A stretch of DNA of 49,310 bases. Origin: Bacillus sp. (in: firmicutes). Lineage in GTDB: Bacteria > Bacillota > Bacilli > Bacillales > Cytobacillaceae. The notes beneath the pieces were generated by a model that saw only the letters and a program-made list of their open reading frames with translations, was not told the origin of the DNA and did not search any database. The first letter of the stretch is position 1. The number at the start of each line of letters is the position of its first letter. Where the stretch lies: positions 1 through 49,310 of the forward strand of contig JAIMAD010000001.1 of assembly GCA_023512145.1 (NCBI GenBank), read 5' to 3'. This document shows, piece by piece, positions 30,169 to 40,150 of the stretch. The translations under genes and the position numbers were made by a program.

Positions 30169-31710
30169 TCAGATTAATTGGTCTCTTATCCCATTAATAA
30201 TATCGCTTGGCATGACACCATAGTGTGATAAGACTTTTGCCTTTTCTTCTCCAGCCCTTGCATGTATATAACTAGCAGAAATAAGAGCGTGTAAAGGTGT
30301 AGCACCCTGGGCAAGAAACGAGCTAATAAGACCCGTCAGCACATCCCCACTTCCGCCTTTTCCAAGCGCGTCATGACCGTGTGGATTAATGTAGACATCT
30401 CCCTCAGGGGTAGAAATAACGGAACGATGCCCTTTTAATAGTAAATAAACAGCGTGCTCTTTTGCAAAAGCACTTGCAATTTCGAGGCGATTCTCTTCTA
30501 CTTCTTTGACCGTTTTATTTACTAGTCTGGCCATTTCTCCAGGATGTGGTGTGAAAATCACATGCCCCTTATACTCACGAATCAAATCTAACTGGTCCCG
30601 CAACAAATAGAGGGCATCCGCATCAACCACAAGGTGCTGATTGTTAAGGGAAGTCACTAATGATTTCATCCACTCTTCACCACCAGGGAATCTACCCATC
30701 CCAGGACCAACCGCCACACTGTCAAATTGATGAAGCAGGGGTAACATTTCATCGATTGCTTTTTCGCTAAAATGCCCAGCTACTTCTGGTAATGGTAAAA
30801 ATAACGCCTCTGGAAATTGGGCAGATGCCATTGGGTAAATACTTTCAGGCAATGCTAACGTAACTAAGCCCGCTCCTGAATAAAGGGCTGCTTTTGCAGC
30901 AAAAATCGGGGCTCCCACATAGTTGCGAGACCCGCCGAGAATTAGGGCATGACCGAAAGTTCCTTTATGACCATTTATAGATCGTTGTGGTACTGAAGCC
31001 AACACATATGGTTCGGTAATTAGTTTAGGCATAACAAGTCCTAGGTCCGCGATAATCGAAGGCGGTACGGAAATATCGACTGCCTTCCACTCCCCGACAT
31101 ACAGTGGGCCATCATTAAAAAAGAAGCCTTTTTTCGGAAAAACAAAGGTAATGGTCTTCGTTGCTTTTATCGCGGCACCGGCTACTTTTCCATTATCGCT
31201 GTTCACACCTGAAGGAATATCGACAGAAATGACCAATTTTCTTCCCTCATATTCATTAACCAGCGAAATTACTTGAATAAAAGGTTCTCGAATAGAACCA
31301 CTTACCCCGGTTCCTATCATCGCATCGATAATAATGTCGGCTTGATTCAATGCAGTTCGAAAGGCCGCAGTCGAATTTTCTTGAAAATGAAAGATTGGTA
31401 AACCTCGATTGTGGTACACCTCGAAATGAACCTTCGCATCTCCTTTAATCATTTCTGGTTTTACTAATAAACAGAGAAGCGGGTCCAAACCTAAATCAAA
31501 CAGCCTGCGAGCAATAACAAAACCATCGCCACCATTATTTCCGCCACCTGCAAGTACGATGACTCTTGGACTTTCACACGGAGAGCTTGCGAGAATTTCC
31601 TCGACCACCTTACTTCCTGCATTTTCCATTAACACAATCCCAGGTAAGCCAATTTTTTCAATAGTGTATTGATCCATTTGCTGCATTTCCTTTTGCCCTG
31701 CCACAAACAT
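30169..31710 (-). CDS. nnr: Bifunctional NAD(P)HX epimerase/dehydratase (NnrE-NnrD fusion)
   Basis: LMENAG, GNNGGDG, DIPSG; HKGTFG, GPGMG, DADAL, TPHPGEM, GSGDVLTG. Confidence 0.93.
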   Translation of the reverse strand: MFVAGQKEMQQMDQYTIEKIGLPGIVLMENAGSKVVEEILASSPCESPRVIVLAGGGNNGGDGFVIARRLFDLGLDPLLCLLVKPEMIKGDAKVHFEVYHNRGLPIFHFQENSTAAFRTALNQADIIIDAMIGTGVSGSIREPFIQVISLVNEYEGRKLVISVDIPSGVNSDNGKVAGAAIKATKTITFVFPKKGFFFNDGPLYVGEWKAVDISVPPSIIADLGLVMPKLITEPYVLASVPQRSINGHKGTFGHALILGGSRNYVGAPIFAAKAALYSGAGLVTLALPESIYPMASAQFPEALFLPLPEVAGHFSEKAIDEMLPLLHQFDSVAVGPGMGRFPGGEEWMKSLVTSLNNQHLVVDADALYLLRDQLDLIREYKGHVIFTPHPGEMARLVNKTVKEVEENRLEIASAFAKEHAVYLLLKGHRSVISTPEGDVYINPHGHDALGKGGSGDVLTGLISSFLAQGATPLHALISASYIHARAGEEKAKVLSHYGVMPSDIINGIRDQLI

Positions 31711-31827
31711 TTACAATCCCACCTTTAATAACTCGCCTCTTAACCCAACAGTTCCTAACAACGTTTACATCGAAAATACGAAACTTTGATCATTCAGCAA
31801 ATTCTCGGGAATTTTTCTAGAGGAACT

Positions 31828-33141
31828 TTACTCCTCCGCTTTCTTAATTTCCATATAAATAGACCGATCATAGGTAATCCCAAAGGCAATTGTTTTCTCA
31901 TCACCTGCTGGGACCTCAGCCCAGAACTCAATATGGTTCGAGTCAACTCTGTTGAATTCATCGGATGTTTCTTCAATCTTCCAAATACGATCGCTAATAT
32001 AATGGCTGATTTTTATGAGTGCATTATCACTTTTTTGATTTTTCACGAGGTATTCATGCTGTTCGTATTCAAAGTTATTCATTTTGTACCGTTTTTGAAT
32101 TTTGCTTTCACAAACAATATCAAACGCATTTCCGATATACAATGTTATCTTTTCATCCTTCATCGTGTGTGGTATCCGGTCTTCACCAATAAATTCTGTC
32201 GTATTTTCTTGTGCTTCTGCTTGGTAAACTTTCACCTTTCCTTTTGGTAATGGAATTCCCATATTATTGGCTGTGGAATTCCTGATTTCCAGCATCACTT
32301 TAGGGTTTTCATTATATGAATCAAATTCGTAATAACGTTTAAACGTTCCATTTTCTACCTGGATGAATTTGATTTGTTTTTCCTGGTTGTCCTTCAAGGT
32401 TGTCTTCCCTTTTAACGTATAGATATGATAGTCACCAAATGCTTTTTCCTCAAAGTTCTCTTCATAGTTTACTGCTCTATTGTAATCAACCATATCTTCA
32501 TCAAAATTTAGTACCTCTTCAATCCGGTGCACATCACCTGCTAAAACCTTGACCAAGGCATCTTGAAAAGTAGCCCCAGTATAATTTTGAATTTCTACCC
32601 AGCCAGTCAGGTCGAAGGTCTCATCTTTAAGTTGCAACACATAATTTGCTTCCCAGCTAACTCCTTTTGTAAGGTACGAAACATCGATTACTTTAGCTTT
32701 TGTTGTCGCCACATTCCAAACAAGCGCTGGTCTAACAATTAACTCATCCGGAAGCTTTGGTAAAATAATCTCGGATGTTGGATCTAATATGATTTCCTTT
32801 GATACAACATCCTCTAAAACCAACCCCCCACTCACACTAAGTAACCGATATTCCTTTTTCTCTTTTGTATTCCCGTCTTGTAAAAAAATAGTGTGATCAA
32901 TATATTTTTCCATCAACTTCGATTTATCTACTAAATCAAAATCATAGTTTAACTCTTTGACTTCCACTCCGGTTACAATAATCGAATCCGTTTCAATCTT
33001 TTTTGCTACATCCAAGTAATGAACAATCGTTTCATTCGCATCAGGTGAATAATCTCTAGTTTCTTTTACAACTGCAAAATCATCATTATAAATCGTTAAC
33101 GAAAGGACTTTGGTATTGAACGATGTAGATTTATATACCAT
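31828..33141 (-). CDS. DUF4139-like domain protein without signal peptide
   Basis: LTIYNDDFAVVKETR, YLTKGVSWEANY, GIPLPKGKVKVY, FIGEDRIPHT...G.AFD patterns. Confidence 0.72.
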   Translation of the reverse strand: MVYKSTSFNTKVLSLTIYNDDFAVVKETRDYSPDANETIVHYLDVAKKIETDSIIVTGVEVKELNYDFDLVDKSKLMEKYIDHTIFLQDGNTKEKKEYRLLSVSGGLVLEDVVSKEIILDPTSEIILPKLPDELIVRPALVWNVATTKAKVIDVSYLTKGVSWEANYVLQLKDETFDLTGWVEIQNYTGATFQDALVKVLAGDVHRIEEVLNFDEDMVDYNRAVNYEENFEEKAFGDYHIYTLKGKTTLKDNQEKQIKFIQVENGTFKRYYEFDSYNENPKVMLEIRNSTANNMGIPLPKGKVKVYQAEAQENTTEFIGEDRIPHTMKDEKITLYIGNAFDIVCESKIQKRYKMNNFEYEQHEYLVKNQKSDNALIKISHYISDRIWKIEETSDEFNRVDSNHIEFWAEVPAGDEKTIAFGITYDRSIYMEIKKAEE

Positions 33142-33628
33142 GATATCTCCTCCATTTAGTAAAATAAGTATGTACTTCTATGAATATAACTCGTATTTAG
33201 AAAGAATTACTCTAGTATTAGTATACATGACTAGAATTGGTGTCTGTTAAGATTCGCTTCGATGCTAGTCAAAAAGAATTCGTTATTTTAAAGAAAATGA
33301 TTAATAGTTTTAATGGGTAGTTAATTAAGAAGTTGAATCAACCCGTATGAACACTTCGATGGAGTGAAATAGCGTTTGGACTAAATAGGGTACTAGAAGT
33401 GTTGGTAAATCCCAAGTCCTTAATCTTACCCTTAAGTATTATTATAAAATATAGGTGCAAAACAAGCTATAACAGTTGACCATCATTTTCCAATCGTTCT
33501 AAAACATTAATTTTGCTTTTGATATGAACAGATTTAAAAAAGCCACAGCAAAATTTGCTATGACTTTACACATTTAATTTCTTTTTAAAGTAGCAGTCAA
33601 TTTACACTACGGATTCTCAGGAGATTTT

Positions 33629-34156
33629 CTAGTACTCTTCCACCATGGCAATATAAGGTAAATTTCTATACATTTGCGCGTAGTCAATCCCATAGCCAAC
33701 AATAAATTCATCCGGGATGACAAAACCTACATAATCAACTGGCAACTCCACTTTCCTACGTTCTGGTTTATCTAAGAGAGTGCATATTTTTATTTGTTTC
33801 GGCTTATGCATTTTCAAATGATCGCGTAGAAAATGGAGGGTAAGTCCGCTATCAATAATATCTTCAACAACGACAACATTTCGATTCGTAATATCCATAT
33901 CCAGATCTTTCAACAGCTTTACTTTTCCAGTTGTCTCTGTTTGGTCGCTGTAGCTTGAAACCGAAATGAAATCTACTTTAACATCACCCTTCATTTCACG
34001 AATCAAGTCGGCGGCGAATACAAACGATCCTTTTAGAACAACAATTAAGTAGATTGCTTCATTGGTAAAATCTTTGTCAATTTCCTCAGCTAGTTCTTTC
34101 ACTCGTTGTTTAATATCTTCTTCTGAAATCATCGGTTCCTTAATCCTGTATGCCAC
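33629..34156 (-). CDS. hpt: Hypoxanthine phosphoribosyltransferase, outside the tilS-hpt-ftsH locus
   Basis: VLKGSFVF, VVEDIIDSGLTL, LLDKPERR, FIVGYGIDY...RNLPYI. Confidence 0.92.
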   Translation of the reverse strand: MAYRIKEPMISEEDIKQRVKELAEEIDKDFTNEAIYLIVVLKGSFVFAADLIREMKGDVKVDFISVSSYSDQTETTGKVKLLKDLDMDITNRNVVVVEDIIDSGLTLHFLRDHLKMHKPKQIKICTLLDKPERRKVELPVDYVGFVIPDEFIVGYGIDYAQMYRNLPYIAMVEEY

Positions 34157-34172
34157 GAATTTTGCCTTCTTC

Positions 34173-35363
34173 CTAGATGAGATCCTCGAATTCTTTTGCT
34201 ATTCTTTCAAGTGCTTCCCTAATAATCGGTCTAGGTGATGGGATGCAAATTCTTTGAAATGGTAATCCTTCTTCACCAAACATTTTTCCATCCTCTAGTA
34301 AAACATTTGCTCTATTATAGATACGGTCATGGACATCTTCAGGCGATAGATGGTAATCACTAAAATCCAGCCACATGATATAGGTTCCCTCAGGGATTCT
34401 CACCCTTACTTTTGGCATTCTTTCTGCTAAAAACGTAACAACCCATTCCATTGTACCATCAATATACTCTTTCAGTTGTTCTAACCAATCTTCCCCCTCA
34501 TTATATACCGCAATGAGTGCGGATACTGTAAATGGGGATGGTAAATGCATGCCCATCACACTTTGAAAAGTTTTTCTAAGCTGAGGATTCGAAATAATCA
34601 CATTTGTACAATGAAGCCCGGCTACATTGAATGTTTTGTTGATGGCAGTAAACGTGATAATAGTATCAACATCGCCTGCAGCTTTTGCAATTGGAATAAA
34701 TAGTTGATTTCGTCGAACAAGATCTCCGTGAATTTCATCAGCAACAATGAGCACATTATTTTCCGCACAAATATCCGCTAGCTTTGTTAATTCTTCCAAA
34801 GTAAAAACTCTTCCGGTTGGGTTATGAGGGTTACATAAAACGAACATTTTTGTCTTTTCTTCTTTTGCCTTCGCTTCAAAATCCTCAAAATCGATTTGAT
34901 AATAGCCTTCGCTGTCACATTTAAGCGCATTATTTAAAACTTTTCTTCCATTGCCTTTGATTGCTGAGGTAAAGGGCGGATAAACGGGTCGTTGGATAAT
35001 GATCCCATCATCTGGATCTGTAAAAGCTTTTACGGCAATATTCAAAGCATGGACAGTTCCAGGACTGTAAATAATTTCTTCCTGCAAAATATTCCAATCA
35101 TGTCTCGTTTTAAACCAATGCTGGATGGCTTCAAAATACTCATCAGGGAATATTGAATAACCAAAAATTCTGTGGTCAACAGTCTTATGTAAGGCATCTA
35201 TTAACGGTTGAGGGACGGGTAAATCCATATCTGCTGTAAACAACGGTATCGTCTCTTCATCATATCTTTCAGTCAAACCAATCTCTTTAAGTAATTTTCC
35301 ACCATCCCATTTTATTGAATAGGTTCCTCTTCGATTGACAATTTCATCAAAGTTATAGTTCAA
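34173..35363 (-). CDS. MalY/PatB-family PLP-dependent C-S lyase/aminotransferase
   Basis: ADMD, LCNPHNPTGR, ADEIHGD, KTFNVAG, EGTYIMWLD. Confidence 0.9.
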   Translation of the reverse strand: MNYNFDEIVNRRGTYSIKWDGGKLLKEIGLTERYDEETIPLFTADMDLPVPQPLIDALHKTVDHRIFGYSIFPDEYFEAIQHWFKTRHDWNILQEEIIYSPGTVHALNIAVKAFTDPDDGIIIQRPVYPPFTSAIKGNGRKVLNNALKCDSEGYYQIDFEDFEAKAKEEKTKMFVLCNPHNPTGRVFTLEELTKLADICAENNVLIVADEIHGDLVRRNQLFIPIAKAAGDVDTIITFTAINKTFNVAGLHCTNVIISNPQLRKTFQSVMGMHLPSPFTVSALIAVYNEGEDWLEQLKEYIDGTMEWVVTFLAERMPKVRVRIPEGTYIMWLDFSDYHLSPEDVHDRIYNRANVLLEDGKMFGEEGLPFQRICIPSPRPIIREALERIAKEFEDLI

Positions 35364-35436
35364 GTGAGATCCGCCTCTCCATTTTATAAAACATGCCTAC
35401 CGGTAAATTGAGGTCGTGACAAGGGGGGTAATTGCG

Positions 35437-35655
35437 TTAGTCGATAACCCTTGCAACCTTATTGCCGCATTTTTTACAACTCCCTTTTAATACAATCCCA
35501 CCATTTGATTCTACGACAGTATACTTTTCGATTTGAACTGTATCCCGGCAAGAGCCACACCAAACATTTCGTTCTAGTTTTTTGCGCGTTTCTACCGGAA
35601 TGGATAGCCACTTCTTATTTCCGGCAAATGAGATGATATCTTGTTCATTCTTCAT
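35437..35655 (-). CDS. Small zinc-ribbon-like protein
   Basis: 72 aa, CGSC...CKKC; RBS GGGAGG. Confidence 0.75.
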   Translation of the reverse strand: MKNEQDIISFAGNKKWLSIPVETRKKLERNVWCGSCRDTVQIEKYTVVESNGGIVLKGSCKKCGNKVARVID

Positions 35656-36022
35656 TTAAAAATCCCTCCCATTTTTTTCAATAGAAATTCAATATTTTTT
35701 AGTTGAAATATTTCATGCTTTAAGTATAGCCATGATGATATTTTATTAAAAGTTTAAACGTCCATCACCCGTTTTTTTTTAGGATGATTACAAGATGTTT
35801 AAAGCACAACACGTATAAATAATGTTTTTAAAAATGGTCCAATCCGTTAAAAGGCAGTTTGATGATGCCTGTAAGTTATGTATATTACTGTTTATTATTC
35901 AAAAAAGAGTCGATTTGTCTTGTAATTCAAGTATAATAAAACGTATTCAGATTATGCATATGATATTTCTTAGAGAGAATCCTATATATGAGTCGGATAA
36001 TACAAAAAAACGAGGTTAATAC

Positions 36023-37468
36023 ATGAGTGAACAAAGTTTTGAGGATTATAATTTAGGTGGCGAAATAAAAAGAGCACTTGCTTTGCTAAAATACGAAACA
36101 CCTACAGAGGTGCAGCGTGATGTCATTCCGTTAGCTTTGGAAAATCAGGATCTTATCGTAAAATCGCAAACAGGTAGCGGCAAGACGGCATCCTTTGGGA
36201 TTCCTATTTGCGAGATGATTACATGGGAAGAAAAAAACCCACAGGCATTAATTCTGACTCCGACTAGGGAGCTTGCTGTTCAAGTTCGTGATGATATAAC
36301 AAACATTGGTCGCTTTAAGCTGATTAAGGCAACCGCCGTATATGGGAAAGAACCTTTTACGAAACAAAAAGAAGAGTTGAAACAAAAAACTCATGTCGTC
36401 GTCGGTACACCAGGACGTGTCATGGACCATATCGAAAAAGGAACGCTAGTTTTAGACCAAGTAAAGTATCTTATCATTGATGAAGCAGATGAAATGCTTA
36501 ATATGGGCTTTGTAAACGAAGTAGAAAAAATTCTAAAAGAACTACCTATAAACAGAGTAACGATGGTATTTTCAGCTACATTGCCTAAAGATGTGGAAAC
36601 ACTCTGCCATAAATATATGGTAGATCCTGTTAATATCGAGATCGCCTCGACCGGGATCACGACAGATACAACTGAACATCGGTTAATCGAAGTGAAAGAA
36701 GATCAAAAAATTTCACTCCTTAAAGATGTAACGGTCGTAGAAAACCCTGACAGTTGTCTTATTTTTTGCAGAACCAAAGGACACGTCGAAACCTTATTTA
36801 CTGAATTGGATGCAGCCAATTATTCTTGTGAAAGACTCCACGGAGGACTACTACAAGAATCGCGCTTTGCTGTTATGGATGGTTTCAAATTGGGGAATTT
36901 CCGTTATCTTATCGCCACTGATGTCGCAGCACGAGGAATTGACATTGATAATGTGACACTTGTTATCAACTATGACGTCCCGCTAGAGAAAAAGATCTAT
37001 GTCCACAGAACAGGTAGAACCGGTCGTGCCGGCAAAAAAGGTAAAGCGATTACCTTTGCCGAACCTTATGAAGGAAAACTTATTAAAGCGATTGAACGAT
37101 ACATTGGTTTTGAGTTAATTCCGATGGAAGCACCAAAACCTCACGAAGTTGCTAAAGGACAAGCGGCTTTCGATGAAAAAATAAGCGGACGCCGTGTTGT
37201 TCGAAATAATAAAACGGCGCGAATAAACAAAGATATCATGAAACTACATTTCAGCGCTGGAAAAAACAAAAAAATCAGGGCTGTCGATTTTGTGGGAACG
37301 ATTGCAAAAATCCCTGGAGTCTCAGTAGATGATATCGGAATTATCACCATCCAGGATAATTTGTCCTATGTTGATATTCTTAATGGGAAAGGCTCACAAG
37401 TATTACAAGCCATAGAGAATACACCAATCAAAGGTAAAAAATTGAAAGTTAGTGTCGCCATTAAATAA
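36023..37468 (+). CDS. dbpA: DEAD-box RNA helicase, DbpA/YxiN type
   Basis: [37 protein letters not shown] plus C-terminal RNA-binding domain ([13 protein letters not shown]). Confidence 0.9.
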   Translation: MSEQSFEDYNLGGEIKRALALLKYETPTEVQRDVIPLALENQDLIVKSQTGSGKTASFGIPICEMITWEEKNPQALILTPTRELAVQVRDDITNIGRFKLIKATAVYGKEPFTKQKEELKQKTHVVVGTPGRVMDHIEKGTLVLDQVKYLIIDEADEMLNMGFVNEVEKILKELPINRVTMVFSATLPKDVETLCHKYMVDPVNIEIASTGITTDTTEHRLIEVKEDQKISLLKDVTVVENPDSCLIFCRTKGHVETLFTELDAANYSCERLHGGLLQESRFAVMDGFKLGNFRYLIATDVAARGIDIDNVTLVINYDVPLEKKIYVHRTGRTGRAGKKGKAITFAEPYEGKLIKAIERYIGFELIPMEAPKPHEVAKGQAAFDEKISGRRVVRNNKTARINKDIMKLHFSAGKNKKIRAVDFVGTIAKIPGVSVDDIGIITIQDNLSYVDILNGKGSQVLQAIENTPIKGKKLKVSVAIK

Positions 37469-37470
37469 TT

Positions 37471-37518
37471 AAAGGACAAAAAGGACGATTATGGTGATCA
37501 TAATTGTCCTTTTGTTTA
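37471..37518 (+). terminator. Terminator between dbpA and the convergent gene
   Basis: AAAAGGACGATTATG-GTGAT-CATAATTGTCCTTTT. Confidence 0.75.
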
Positions 37519-37556
37519 CTATTCATTTTAGAGCACACTTAATGATTTAATTTTAC

Positions 37557-38003
37557 TTAATGTGCTGGTGTATTTTGGCCCCTTCCAAACATTTTCCAGT
37601 TATGATGATACTGTGCTTCCAAGAAAAATCCTATTAGCAACTCGATCAATCCAACTGCAATAAACGATGGCTGTAGCCAGCTTCCCCAACCCATCCAGTA
37701 AATCTGAGCAGAAATCCACAAAATCATAACACCACCAAGAAACATGACACTAAGCCCTGCAAAACGATAGTTAATTAATAATAAAAAAGAGCTGATTGTG
37801 CTTAGAAATCCATTAAACACCAACAAAATAACACCAGGAATTAAGAAGTCATTAAATGGACTATTTTTCAATTGATCCACAGACAACCCCAGCAATGAAC
37901 CATCGGGTTTTATAATGAACATAATTCCACAAACGATTGCAGATGCTCCAATTAATAATAAAAAATCACCCGTACCAATTGATAAAACCTTCCTTTTGTT
38001 CAT
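37557..38003 (-). CDS. Four-TM membrane protein of unknown function
   Basis: Hydrophobic segments, PDGS...L.NSPF.DFLIPG motif; start uncertain (38003, 38012 or 38069). Confidence 0.72.
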   Translation of the reverse strand: MNKRKVLSIGTGDFLLLIGASAIVCGIMFIIKPDGSLLGLSVDQLKNSPFNDFLIPGVILLVFNGFLSTISSFLLLINYRFAGLSVMFLGGVMILWISAQIYWMGWGSWLQPSFIAVGLIELLIGFFLEAQYHHNWKMFGRGQNTPAH

Positions 38004-38434
38004 TTTCCTCATCTTCTTTCGAATTGATTTGGAAAATCGTGCCGAAACAAATGGAGTAGTTCTTTCCATCTATATTATACTTCACTAACCTAAAAAAAGG
38101 AAAAAGAATACACTAGCGGAAACCCTTTACTTTAGTAATGAGTTAACCCATATACATGTTTCCATTCCATTCATATTTTTCCCTTTTTCTCGTTAGATAA
38201 AAGAATAATTTCCTCTAGTTAACATAATATTATTATCGGTGTATATACTGCTTATAAAAATAGGCAATTCTATCTGTTCCCTCTGACTTTGCTAATAATT
38301 GATTTTCAATTTTTATCTTTAGCAAACCAACAATCAACAAAGGGTTCTGTAGGAAATATCTCAACTCTCACATTCATTTCCCATAATATATCTGGATTCA
38401 GCAAGTAGAGTAAGGATGAATTAATATTACGGCG

Positions 38435-38600
38435 AAAAACCCTGTGGAACACTTTCCGTAGGGTTGTTGTATCGACAAGCATACACTCAGCCTGTCTCGA
38501 GTAAGGCATGACACTGAAATTAAGGTTTTCCGTGTTCCCAGTGTGCCAATTGACAGAAAGACAACCGCACCCTTCTGCATGGACGGTCATAGAGCGTCAG
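38435..38600 (-). ncRNA. Candidate structured RNA (unassigned)
   Basis: Four contiguous stem-loops in a GC-richer patch ending in a U-tract; three need G-U pairs that form only on the minus strand. Confidence 0.35.
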
Positions 38601-38608
38601 TATATCGA

Positions 38609-38980
38609 TTATTTACGAGCTTTAATCGATTTGAGTTGTGTTTTAAGCTTTTCTCCATTAATTCCGTATAATTCTTTAATAGCTAGTCCCAATGCAAGCC
38701 AAAGTCCTGCCCCATCAGAATGCCTTGACATCGGCCCGACTGTTGATTCAAAGAGAGGAAATAACTCCCTTGTTACATCGGGACGATATTGGTAATTAAA
38801 CTGTTGATGGGCTAGTAGTACCATAATAAAATCTACAAAAATCTTTTCTTTAAGTAACCTTTTGGTATTCGTGTCAAGGTAATCATTGACACCGTATACA
38901 CAATCAAAAATTGCCGTCATTACTTGCGAATCTAAATAAGGCAATTCCTTTTCATTCATCCTTATTAACAAAGCCATCAC
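38609..38980 (-). CDS. Hypothetical protein
   Basis: 123-aa ORF with GAGGGTG near the start; no family recognised. Confidence 0.7.
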   Translation of the reverse strand: MMALLIRMNEKELPYLDSQVMTAIFDCVYGVNDYLDTNTKRLLKEKIFVDFIMVLLAHQQFNYQYRPDVTRELFPLFESTVGPMSRHSDGAGLWLALGLAIKELYGINGEKLKTQLKSIKARK

Positions 38981-39326
38981 CCTCTATATTCTTGATTGAT
39001 GTGATTTACAAATATCTTCTTAGTATTACCATATTTTGATCAAGCCCTTTTATTCTAATTATATGACAAATTCGACAAACTCCAGCTAGTTCCTTCAATA
39101 AAAAAGACAAAAAACCGACATTTCCATGTAATATGCCGGTCGTTTCAGGGTTCCTTTGCACTTTACCCACAAATCCAAACAACCAGTGCTCAATTAGGAC
39201 GTCTTGAACTTTATTAAATCGTCCTTTCTTGATCCAATGGCCTTACTCTTCAACAAGTGATTCAATCCCTATTTTCGCCCAAAAAGGTGTCAGGCACTCA
39301 TTTTAAATCTAGGATATATGGTAAAC

Positions 39327-39365
39327 AAAAAAAGTTGCTAAGGAATCATCCCAGCAACTGTTTTT
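39327..39365 (-). terminator. Terminator of the dcuA-aspA-sdhCAB operon
   Basis: AGTTGCT...AGCAACT stem flanked by A- and T-tracts. Confidence 0.65.
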
Positions 39366-39389
39366 GTTTATTATTTTGTAAATCCCTAA

Positions 39390-40148
39390 TCAGTAGCTAC
39401 CAAAAAAGTTCTTGAAAGATTGGATTGTGGTTTGTCTATTTAAATGGGCAATTGATGTCGTCAATGGAATTCCCTTTGGACAAACCTCCACACAGTTTTG
39501 CGAATTTCCACATGAAGTGAGTCCACCTTCGCCCATGATTGCGGCTAATCGCTCTTCTTTATTCATTTCTCCAGTAGGATGAGCGTTGAATAAGCGGACT
39601 TGAGACAATGGCGCAGGTCCCATAAAGTCAGAGTTAGCATTGACATTTGGGCATGCCTCTAAACAGCACCCGCATGTCATACATTTTGACAACTCGTAAG
39701 CCCATTGTCTTGTTTTCTCTGGCATTCTTGGTCCTGGACCTAAATCGTGTGTTCCATCAATTGGAATCCACGCTTTTACTTTTTTTAATGCACTGAACAT
39801 TCTTTCACGATCGACGCGTAAATCACGGTCAACTGGAAATGTTGCCAGTGGCGCCACACTGATAGGCTGTTCAAGCTGGTCAATCAAAGAAGAACAAGCC
39901 TGCCGCGGTTTGCCATTAATGACCATCGAACAAGCTCCACAAACTTCCTCTAAACAAACAGATTCCCAAATGACCGGTGTTGTTTTCTCACCTTTTGCAT
40001 TCTTTGGATTCCTTTGAATTTCCATCAACGCTGAAATGATATTCATATTCGAGCGATAGGGAACCTCGAATTCTTCTGTATAAGGAGCCGAATACGAATC
40101 ATTCTGTCGTGTAATCACTAATTTTATCGTTTTTGCGTTAGTTGTCAT
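39390..40148 (-). CDS. sdhB: Succinate dehydrogenase/fumarate reductase iron-sulfur subunit
   Basis: CLEEVCGACS...C, CMTCGCCLEACP, CGNSQNCVEVCP. Confidence 0.95.
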   Translation of the reverse strand: MTTNAKTIKLVITRQNDSYSAPYTEEFEVPYRSNMNIISALMEIQRNPKNAKGEKTTPVIWESVCLEEVCGACSMVINGKPRQACSSLIDQLEQPISVAPLATFPVDRDLRVDRERMFSALKKVKAWIPIDGTHDLGPGPRMPEKTRQWAYELSKCMTCGCCLEACPNVNANSDFMGPAPLSQVRLFNAHPTGEMNKEERLAAIMGEGGLTSCGNSQNCVEVCPKGIPLTTSIAHLNRQTTIQSFKNFFGSY

Positions 40149-40150
40149 CG

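Noticed and set aside
33142..33628. 487-bp gap as a hidden gene or RNA
   Set aside because: Only short start-less frames and weak inverted repeats; nothing supportable
35822..36019. 65-aa ORF upstream of dbpA
   Set aside because: No RBS, AT-rich, and overlaps the likely dbpA promoter and leader (TATAAT near 35932)
38306..38590. 94-aa and 60-aa minus-strand ORFs
   Set aside because: No RBS and no recognisable motif; the tract is better explained as structured RNA, though coding is not formally excluded
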